From positions 1 to 64,000 of the IMG/VR virus record IMGVR_UViG_3300021478_000022: 64,000 nucleotides of DNA. One strand, 5' to 3'. Below, piece by piece: positions 56,609 to 64,000 of the stretch. The notes under the pieces were generated by a model, which ran no database searches, was not told the DNA's origin, and saw nothing but the letters and a program-made list of their open reading frames with translations. Numbering within the stretch: the first letter of the stretch is position 1; each line of letters starts with the position of its first letter. The stretch comes from a virus. The position numbers were made by a program, and so were the translations under genes.

Positions 56609-57562
56609 TCATTTGAAGGTCGTCACGATTCCCGCCCACGATGCTTGGGTCAGTCCCGACAGGGAGGCACTTGGCGCCGTGGTGTTCGACAGGACGCGAT
56701 AACCCTCCGCCACCGCTATCGCTGTCCCGGTGATGGATTCGGTCACGTCTTCCCCACCGGGCGTGAACCCGCCGCCCCACGAGTACGCCCCAGAATACCC
56801 CATCAGGAGGAAGGATGCCTCCACATATTCGCTCGGAGTGGTCGTCGTGCCCGTGCCAGCGGTGGGAGTAGAGGTCATGCCGTTGCCGACGCCGTTCAGG
56901 TCCTTGACGCCAGTGATGCCTTTCACCTGAACCGCTTGGATCGTGATAGCCGCGGCGATGCCGCTGGCGGCGAATGCCTCTATATCCCCCGTCAGACCTC
57001 CCCCTATCGTCCAGCAGCCTATCAGCGATGTTTGCGATGGTGTGTTGACGGCGTTCTGCAAGGTCATCGGCAGACCGCCGTAGTAGAGCTGCAAGCCCTC
57101 GTTCTGTCCCACCAGCGTCGCTGTGACCAGCAGCATCGTCCCTGGCGCTGTGGTGATGCTCGGCAGCGTCAGTTGGGTCACAGCGACAGCCTGAGCCGTG
57201 CCAAGGTTGGTGCGAACGATGCCGGGGAGCGCCGCTGCGGAGGAAGTGCTGCTGGACGAGGAGCTGGCACTGCCGCCCAGCGGGCAGCAATTCGTGACGT
57301 AGAGGGGCAGCCCGGCGTAGTTGGTCACAAGGCGACCATCGTAGTAACCGGGTCCCAGCACGATGCCGTTGGGCTCCATGACGTACACAGGCACCCGGTC
57401 GCGCGGGGTCAGGCCGTTGAACTGCACAATGAAGGCCGGGTAGACGTTGGCCCCCAAGATGGCTGGAGCGTAGATGCGCAGGATCTCGTTCACCTGCGGG
57501 TAGATGGGCTGCTCTTGCCCCAAGAATGGCTGCGTCAGGTCGGTGGAGTCGGCGATCTGCAT
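56609..57562 (-). CDS. Virion-like protein: shared N-terminal domain, poly-Ser linker, beta-sandwich
   Basis: N-terminal domain paralogous to 55567-56607 (RDR..EPNG..Y..RLV..GLPLYV..CC). Confidence 0.65.
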   Translation of the reverse strand: MQIADSTDLTQPFLGQEQPIYPQVNEILRIYAPAILGANVYPAFIVQFNGLTPRDRVPVYVMEPNGIVLGPGYYDGRLVTNYAGLPLYVTNCCPLGGSASSSSSSTSSAAALPGIVRTNLGTAQAVAVTQLTLPSITTAPGTMLLVTATLVGQNEGLQLYYGGLPMTLQNAVNTPSQTSLIGCWTIGGGLTGDIEAFAASGIAAAITIQAVQVKGITGVKDLNGVGNGMTSTPTAGTGTTTTPSEYVEASFLLMGYSGAYSWGGGFTPGGEDVTESITGTAIAVAEGYRVLSNTTAPSASLSGLTQASWAGIVTTFK

Positions 57563-58806
57563 TACACGAACCCTGTGAGCCCCTTGAGATTGATGGGGAA
57601 AAGAGCCTCATCGAATACGAATCCCCTGATTATCTGGGTCCGCCAACCAGCCCGCCGTTCGTCCTCAATGCCCAGCTTGTAGGTCTGGTAGTACCTGACC
57701 CCATCGACCTGACTTCCAGTCACGAACGGCAGCACCCCCGTGTACACTTGGCTCATGAACCCCGCCGTGGCGCGATAAATCCGGTTGTAGAAGTTCGACA
57801 CGTCCTGCGCCGCGATAGCCGCTGCCGTAGCCACATCCGCCGCCAGAGGCAGGCCGTTGACGTCGTACCGGACCGTGAAATACGACCACAGATACCCCGT
57901 CCCCGCTGCACTGGCGAACTGCGCCGGGGCCGGGACGTTGAGCGAGTAGAGCGGCGTCAGTTGCCACTGGAGCGAGTCACTCCGCACAGTTTCTTCGGTT
58001 CCGTACCATTGATTCCTGCGGTGGAAGTAGACCGTCACGGACGATGGGGCGCGTCCCGACCCCACGTCGATGTACTCCATGTCGTCTTCGAGGTCGCCGA
58101 AGAACTGCGTCTGCTTCGCCGTGAAGGCCCCATCCGGCGCGCCAGCAGCGACGATGGTGTAGGGGGCCGCTTTGGTCAGGTCCTCTGCGATGGTGAACCC
58201 GAGGTAGTCCATGATCTGGTTCAATGCTTCCCAGGCTGAAACCCCCGGAAAGATGAACCCTTCTGGGGTCCCGGTGACCGATTGGGGTAGGCCGGGGAAA
58301 GGCCCCAGGAACTGCACCATTTGCGCCCAGAGGTCAGCTATCATCGAAGCCCAGGTCCAGTTCACCCCTCCGTAGAACGTGCCCGGATAGGCCGGCGCCT
58401 GCACGTTGTACTGGCTCACCGTGGGGAACTGAAACCAGGGGTTGTAGAGCACCCCCTGCTGATCGGTGATCTGCACGAGGTAGAGCGCATCGGGGTCCGC
58501 CGCCTGCCCCCGGCTGACACAGCGCGACTGCACGATGGTCAGACCCGTGAAGATCAGCGGCGGGTTGTGCAAGTCGTCGAACTGGAGTTCGAGGTTCGTG
58601 AAGTAGGGGTTGATGGTGTTCAGGTCGGATCGCTTGAGAAGTATCCAGCCCACGGTGGGCCAGCGCCCGGAGGGGATGTAGAGGGAGTTGGCCTTGTCGA
58701 GGTCGGGTAGGGCATCGCGGTGGTAGTAGGACCGGGCTTCGCGCACGAGGCGCGGGTCCTGTAATTCCACCCCCTGCGTACCAGCGAACCCGAAAGTATT
58801 GGCCAC
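57562..58806 (-). CDS. Probable tail/baseplate hub protein
   Basis: ~414 aa; LYLVQITD..G and SAWEAL..IMD.LG hub-like segments; directly upstream of fibre-like genes. Confidence 0.5.
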   Translation of the reverse strand: MANTFGFAGTQGVELQDPRLVREARSYYHRDALPDLDKANSLYIPSGRWPTVGWILLKRSDLNTINPYFTNLELQFDDLHNPPLIFTGLTIVQSRCVSRGQAADPDALYLVQITDQQGVLYNPWFQFPTVSQYNVQAPAYPGTFYGGVNWTWASMIADLWAQMVQFLGPFPGLPQSVTGTPEGFIFPGVSAWEALNQIMDYLGFTIAEDLTKAAPYTIVAAGAPDGAFTAKQTQFFGDLEDDMEYIDVGSGRAPSSVTVYFHRRNQWYGTEETVRSDSLQWQLTPLYSLNVPAPAQFASAAGTGYLWSYFTVRYDVNGLPLAADVATAAAIAAQDVSNFYNRIYRATAGFMSQVYTGVLPFVTGSQVDGVRYYQTYKLGIEDERRAGWRTQIIRGFVFDEALFPINLKGLTGFV

Positions 58807-58816
58807 ATGCCATTCC

Positions 58817-60748
58817 TCAGACTGTCGGCCCATCCGCCTCAAGCTGCGCCACCGCCGCCGTGACGGCACCGGACTTCACCTTGAAGTGTTCTACCAGAAG
58901 TTCGATGCCCGTGTTCGCCGACATGAGAGCGGCGTTCAAGGTCGAGTCAAAGAAGTAGTCCCCCACCAAAAAGATGCCGGGGTGCTCAACGGGTTCCGGG
59001 CTGTGTTCGCCCCGCAATTCCTCCGCTGGCCATGAACCCGGCTGCGCATTGATTGCCCCGACGTACCTATCAACCTGCGCCTCGACCAGTTGATCCTCCG
59101 CATCGTCGCGCATGAACGGTGGTAGGGATTCGAGGACGTGGTTCACGATGCACTCGTCGTCCTGATTCGCCGAGCACATGAGCAGCGCGTCCCCGCCCGC
59201 CAAGAGGAAGCTGAGGACGTGACCACCTTGCGCCGCACGCTGCCTCAGCACCTTCTCCTGCCTGTTGGCGCGCTCGTGGGCCTTGGCGTAGGAGGAGTCG
59301 TTTTCCGCCATGTCGCGGCGCTCGACGGCCTCGTGGTAGCAGATGTACTTCCAGTCCTCAAGGTCCAGCCGGTCGTCGATCCAGATGTGCATGGGCGGCA
59401 TGTAGTCCTCGCCGCGTGCGAGCAGTTCGAGGTCGTTGGCCCCTTCCACCATGTCCATGTCGTGCTCGATCTTCACCTTGTCGCCGTCCACGATCTGCAC
59501 GGTGATGCCTTCCAGTGCCCCGACCGTGTGCGGCAGGTTCTCCGGTTTCTCTCCGGGCATCATCGCCACGATCTCCTGCCACAGCTTCTCATCCACCTTC
59601 ACCTTCGTGGACTTCTGGTGCTTGGCCCAGCGCGTCGAGTCGTCGTAACAGCACAGGCCGTTCATCATGTCCATCATCCAGAACTCGCCCGGCAGCTTCA
59701 GCTTCTCCCACCACTTCGTCCGGAACAGCATCGACACCCGGAGGTAGTGCGCTGGGAGGTCGTAGTGGGCGCAGACCTCGTGAATCGCGTCCGCCAGTTT
59801 CCCTTCCCACTGGATGGTCCTGAGCCAGTGGTTCGGGAGAGCGACCACCACCGCGTCGAAGTCCTCGAAATGCTCCGCGATGTAGTCCTGACCCGACTCG
59901 CGAGTGAACACCCGGTAGTTCCCGTCGATCTTCGCTATCCGCGTGACCCGATGGCAGGTCTTGACCTCCGCGTCAATCTTCGCGGACAGCGCCTCCGGGA
60001 TGCGGCCGATGCCACCGACGACGTGGTAGAGCTGCATATAGTCGTCGTTGTCCATCAAGATGTTCTTGATCCCGTTCAGGCCGTTGCAGGTGTGACTCTC
60101 GGTGGCCAGGTCGGTATGCACCGCCGTCTCGATGAAGTCGCGGGCCACCTTGTCGTCCCCAACCTCCTCCATCAGGCACTCGCGGAAGGTCTTGGGCGCC
60201 CACGGATGCTCGTTGTCCGGCTGCCAGCGGTGGGCGTACTTTTCCAGGGGCATCAGTTCGACCATCTTCGCGTGGAACGCCTCGATCCGCTTCCGCGTGT
60301 CGTAGCCGTGTACCTTCTCCACCTCGTCCAGGTCCCTCAGCACCTCGCCCTTCAGGATCACCGCGCCACCGGCTATGTCTACCGTTTCCAGTCCCAAATC
60401 CTTCTCGATCAGGAGGCGCATGGGGTCCTTGCCACCGGGTCCCAGGTACTCGTACAGTTCCGCGACACCCGCCTCGAAGAGGGTGCCGTCCGAGAACTCG
60501 TCGGTCATGATCTTGCCGCCGACCTCCTCGTCCGCCTCGAAGATGGTCACGTTGGCGTCGGGCAGGCGCTGGTTGATGATGTAGGTCGCGAACAGCCCAC
60601 CCGGTCCCCCTCCGATGACGGCAACGCGGGGGCCGTCTTTCTGTTTGGGGGCGCGCTTCTTGCGCGGGGCGATGCGGGTCCAGCGGCCTGGGCCTGATGC
60701 GGTCCAGCCTGAGCCGGTGGGAGGTTCGGAGCCGTAGTGCTCATCCAA
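58817..60748 (-). CDS. Flavin-dependent amine oxidase-like enzyme with an inserted HExxE domain
   Basis: VAVIGGGPGG, IFEA..VGGK, EAG, VVGG, FDAVVVALP, IFLVGDY..LNAAL. Confidence 0.82.
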   Translation of the reverse strand: MDEHYGSEPPTGSGWTASGPGRWTRIAPRKKRAPKQKDGPRVAVIGGGPGGLFATYIINQRLPDANVTIFEADEEVGGKIMTDEFSDGTLFEAGVAELYEYLGPGGKDPMRLLIEKDLGLETVDIAGGAVILKGEVLRDLDEVEKVHGYDTRKRIEAFHAKMVELMPLEKYAHRWQPDNEHPWAPKTFRECLMEEVGDDKVARDFIETAVHTDLATESHTCNGLNGIKNILMDNDDYMQLYHVVGGIGRIPEALSAKIDAEVKTCHRVTRIAKIDGNYRVFTRESGQDYIAEHFEDFDAVVVALPNHWLRTIQWEGKLADAIHEVCAHYDLPAHYLRVSMLFRTKWWEKLKLPGEFWMMDMMNGLCCYDDSTRWAKHQKSTKVKVDEKLWQEIVAMMPGEKPENLPHTVGALEGITVQIVDGDKVKIEHDMDMVEGANDLELLARGEDYMPPMHIWIDDRLDLEDWKYICYHEAVERRDMAENDSSYAKAHERANRQEKVLRQRAAQGGHVLSFLLAGGDALLMCSANQDDECIVNHVLESLPPFMRDDAEDQLVEAQVDRYVGAINAQPGSWPAEELRGEHSPEPVEHPGIFLVGDYFFDSTLNAALMSANTGIELLVEHFKVKSGAVTAAVAQLEADGPTV

Positions 60749-62972
60749 TGTCCACTCTCCACTTCCGCGCCGCGCGAGTCACCCGCTTGCGCCGTCCCCG
60801 TCTTCCCTTGGACTTGCCAGGCTTCTTCGTGTGCTTGCCCTCGACCGCAAAATCCCCCGGAGTTGCTGGGAGCCCACCACCCGACCCGGCCATGTCGATG
60901 GTCGCGGTGTCCTCGTGCAGTTCGGGACCAGTGGGAGCGGAAGGCAAAGTTGCCGCAAGACGGATAGACAAGGGCGCTGATTCCAAGGCCCTCTGGAAGC
61001 CCGGTGGCGGCTGGAAAGACGGCATAGGGACAAATGCCGGTGGGGACGGTTCCACGCCAGTCCTGAGCCATTCCTGCGCTTCTGTGATGCCCCTCTCGGC
61101 AGCTTGGCGGATGGTGATGGGTGTGTCGGCGCAGCGGTCGTTGTAATCCCACGGAACTCGGAACATCTGCCAGACTGGATCGCCAGCGCGGTAGATGTTG
61201 GTCCCCTGTATGCCTAGCTTTTCCAGCGCCAGATGGTTCTCGCGTACACGGTTGTCGTGGATGGCATCGCGTGCCCGATAGGGAAACCCACTGCGAACGA
61301 AGGGATGGGACAACACCGTCTCCTGCCCGTCCGAGAAGGCACGCTGGATGTTCGTCCGCGCCACGTTTTCCAGATGCCCTTCCGAGAGAAACGTCCCCGG
61401 CGCGACTTGCTCCAGCACCTTCTCGCGGAACGCCTCTACGTCCGCGCCCTCAGCGACGTTCTCCGCAAGCGCATCCCGGATCTTCGTCAGCGTCTCCTGT
61501 GCATCGACCCCGGCGACCGTGAACGCCTTCTGCCGCGCCGCATCGTCCAGCTTGTCAAAGACAGGCCGCGTCACCACGTTCTTCCGCGCCAGTTCCCGCG
61601 CCGCTTCCTCGATGATCGGGTAATGGACCCGCTCCCCTCCCGGTGGCGCTTGCGGAGTGAAGGGCCTTGTCGGCGGGATGCTCTCGCTGGAACCCAGCGA
61701 TTGCTGGACATAGTGCTGCTCCGCAGGTGGCAATTCGTAGATGGCCCGATCGCGCTCCCCTTGCGGCATGGCGCGGAGTCGGAACAGAAGGGATTGGGCT
61801 TCATCGGGAGGGAGGGTTGGAGGTGGCGGGGGCGCACTCCCCGCCTGTGGTAACGGTGGCAACCTCTCCGCCACCTCCGACGCTCCCGCCAGTAGTGCCG
61901 CCAGCTGGGTCGTCCCCAAGAGGTCGGCCAGTTGCAGACGGTACTTGTTCACGAACGTCACGACCTGATGCCCCATCTCGCTGGGGTCGGCTGATTGGAG
62001 CGCGTCCCTGAGTTCGCGCTTGGCCGTGGCGCTGAGCTGCTTGGCCACAGTCATGGTGCGGTTGAGGATGCCCTGCGCACGACGGTCGAAGATGTCGTGG
62101 GCGAAGTAGGCGGATAGGGACAACGGCGCTGCAAACAATCCTTTGTCCCTGTTCAGGATGGCGCGCGCCAGGGACGGTCTGTCTGTGGCTTTGTATTTCT
62201 CCTTGAGCTGAGTGAGATAGCCAGGATTTACACTGCCAAGCGCATTAGCCATCTTCTGGGCGACATCTTCATCCGGTTCGCCCTTGTGCATCTTGTATTT
62301 CACGAACTCGTGCAAATCCTCGAAGCGATCCGGCAATTGCCGCGATACGGCTGGCGCTGCTACCGCCTGTTGAATGATGGGCTGTGCTGCTACCGGAACT
62401 GTCGTCTGCGCAGCGATTGGAGTCGCCTTCGGTTGTGCAGGTGGCTGGGACGCTGATGCCGGTTCAGGTCTAGCTGACTCCAAGTCGATGGCTATCTTTG
62501 ACCCTGTACGAGCGCGAACGATTATCTTGTTGCCACTAATGTCAAGTATTGGCCCACGGAGCGGTGGCAATCTCGACCCGCCGCCCTCACCGTCATAATA
62601 GAGAATCTGCTGGCCGACTTTAGGAGGGTTGGCTGGTCCGAATTTAGGCAGCTTGAAGAAGTCATCGTCTGTCGGTGGAGACGGACGTGGTGCCGTTTGT
62701 TGTTGTGGTGTCGGCTGTTGAGGCGCCTGCTTCTGCCCACTCTGTCTCCATACCTTACCTCCTTGCGGTCCCACTCCGACCTGAACCCATCCCGGCCCCG
62801 GCGGCTGAGGACCGTGAAAGTTCCCCTGCGCATCGAGCGCCAGGGCAATGTCGTCCTGCATCGCCAGTTCGGCAACGGCCAGCGCCTCGTCAAGATCGCG
62901 CGTCTCCGGGTCTTCGATGGCGCGCAGAAGCAACTGGGCAAAGCGGGCGCCGCGTTCCTTGGTGATGCTCAC
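60741..62972 (-). CDS. MuF-type head morphogenesis (minor head) protein with long N-terminal extension
   Basis: AFTVAG, RTNIQRAF..G, FPY, DNRVRENH, DPVW..PWDYNDRC; follows portal. Confidence 0.88.
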   Translation of the reverse strand: MSITKERGARFAQLLLRAIEDPETRDLDEALAVAELAMQDDIALALDAQGNFHGPQPPGPGWVQVGVGPQGGKVWRQSGQKQAPQQPTPQQQTAPRPSPPTDDDFFKLPKFGPANPPKVGQQILYYDGEGGGSRLPPLRGPILDISGNKIIVRARTGSKIAIDLESARPEPASASQPPAQPKATPIAAQTTVPVAAQPIIQQAVAAPAVSRQLPDRFEDLHEFVKYKMHKGEPDEDVAQKMANALGSVNPGYLTQLKEKYKATDRPSLARAILNRDKGLFAAPLSLSAYFAHDIFDRRAQGILNRTMTVAKQLSATAKRELRDALQSADPSEMGHQVVTFVNKYRLQLADLLGTTQLAALLAGASEVAERLPPLPQAGSAPPPPPTLPPDEAQSLLFRLRAMPQGERDRAIYELPPAEQHYVQQSLGSSESIPPTRPFTPQAPPGGERVHYPIIEEAARELARKNVVTRPVFDKLDDAARQKAFTVAGVDAQETLTKIRDALAENVAEGADVEAFREKVLEQVAPGTFLSEGHLENVARTNIQRAFSDGQETVLSHPFVRSGFPYRARDAIHDNRVRENHLALEKLGIQGTNIYRAGDPVWQMFRVPWDYNDRCADTPITIRQAAERGITEAQEWLRTGVEPSPPAFVPMPSFQPPPGFQRALESAPLSIRLAATLPSAPTGPELHEDTATIDMAGSGGGLPATPGDFAVEGKHTKKPGKSKGRRGRRKRVTRAARKWRVDIG

Positions 62973-64000
62973 GCCGCCCTCCTGATGCGCCACGCAATCT
63001 CTTTGATCCGGTCAGGCAATGACCCCAGACTGAACCCTTGCGACTGCATCGGCAAGGGGCCAGTTGGCTGCGTGTCGGGAGCGGCGCCCGGCGCTATGGG
63101 CATCGGTTGCCCCGGTGCCTGATTCATGGCCTGCGCCGGGTCCTGACCCATCTGCGTCTGCCGCTTCGTCTGGAGCAGCGGCTTGACCTTGCACTCGAAC
63201 CGCACCTCCCCGTACCGCCACCGCACCAGCGGACGCAGGACTTGCTTCAGGAACAGCGTCAACATCGCATCCGCCAAGCGCTGCTGGAGCATCAGGAACC
63301 CTTCGAGCGGGATGGCGCGACCGCTATAGCCTGACCCCGATTCCGCCGCCTCGAACAACTCAGACGGCACCCCGATGCCCTCGCGGATTTGCTTGATGAG
63401 GTACTGGATGTACTCGATCAACCCAGCGACGTTCAGGGTGTTCTTGGGGATTTCGACCGACCACTTCTCCCCACCGCCCTGATCGGACGGGTAGGGCGTT
63501 GACGGCAGACCAATGCCGGCCCCAGCCTTGAACAACTCCGCCATCTGACGTGCCGAGTCGCGAGCGTACTTCCGTGGTCGCCCTTGCGAGTCCAGCGTGG
63601 TCGCCACCGACCCCAGTTGCCCCTGAATGTCCTCTTCCGGGTACTTCACCACCACCCCGGAGTAGGCGAACCGATAGATACCTCCGTCCACCACCGTTTC
63701 CGCTGCGTCCTTCCACGCCAGACGCCTCCACGGGCGCCAGGCGCCTAGTAGTTGGCTTTGCCCGTAGTAGAGGCTGTAGCGTGGATTGTGGGCGTACCAG
63801 ACACCCTTCGCGGGGATGTCCTCCGTCGCCATCCACAGGTCCCTCGTTCCACCGTGCTGCTGGTTGTCCGAGGCTGGGTTCTGGGGAGGTGGCGCTTCCC
63901 GTGGCGCCTCGTGGATTTGCCTGACCCTGACCCCAATCGGTTTGTTGCTTTGGGTGAGCAGGAACACGTCCCGTGGGGAGAACTGCACGAAGTCCTCCCA
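62969..64000 (-). CDS. Portal protein (Mu gp29/DUF935-like), 5' truncated
   Basis: Directly upstream of MuF gene; I..GIGVP..GS.YS..KQVLRPL C-terminal portal pattern. Confidence 0.7.
   Translation of the reverse strand, partial: WEDFVQFSPRDVFLLTQSNKPIGVRVRQIHEAPREAPPPQNPASDNQQHGGTRDLWMATEDIPAKGVWYAHNPRYSLYYGQSQLLGAWRPWRRLAWKDAAETVVDGGIYRFAYSGVVVKYPEEDIQGQLGSVATTLDSQGRPRKYARDSARQMAELFKAGAGIGLPSTPYPSDQGGGEKWSVEIPKNTLNVAGLIEYIQYLIKQIREGIGVPSELFEAAESGSGYSGRAIPLEGFLMLQQRLADAMLTLFLKQVLRPLVRWRYGEVRFECKVKPLLQTKRQTQMGQDPAQAMNQAPGQPMPIAPGAAPDTQPTGPLPMQSQGFSLGSLPDRIKEIAWRIRRAA

Noticed and set aside
59138-60697. Long plus-strand ORFs (also 29503-30852, 39534-40706, 56594-57682)
   Set aside because: Antisense shadows of well-supported minus-strand genes in high-GC DNA; no motifs

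Overview
This is a GC-rich tailed-phage (Caudoviricetes) genome segment, almost entirely encoded on the minus strand. No integrase, tRNA or CRISPR array was seen. Reading in the direction of transcription (right to left): partial portal, then a MuF-type head morphogenesis protein and an FAD amine-oxidase-like enzyme. Next come four virion-like proteins, three of them Cys-rich with serine-rich linkers, followed by a ~17 kb glycan-modification cluster (GT9 heptosyltransferase-like enzymes, a GT2, paired GT-B enzymes, an NDP-sugar C-methyltransferase, about five SAM methyltransferases and a radical SAM enzyme). After that lie a membrane/secreted block with two CxxCH proteins and an S53 protease, and a replication/recombination operon carrying a bifunctional HldE-like heptose kinase/nucleotidyltransferase. 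The left part holds early genes (DUF932, beta-clamp-like, C5 methylase), terminase small and large subunits, a two-frame C5 methylase, small ORFs, a Mu-type protease/scaffold, a decoration protein, an HNH endonuclease and the major capsid protein. The best candidate for an undescribed system is phage-encoded heptosylation/glycosylation of modular, mucin-like Ser-rich virion proteins. Other notable observations are a GT9 gene interrupted by GGC-TGA-A-GGC, a motif shared by MuF and the amine oxidase, and the heme-c-motif secreted proteins. A Planctomycetota-like host is only inferred. All family calls come from motif recognition by eye, not database searches.
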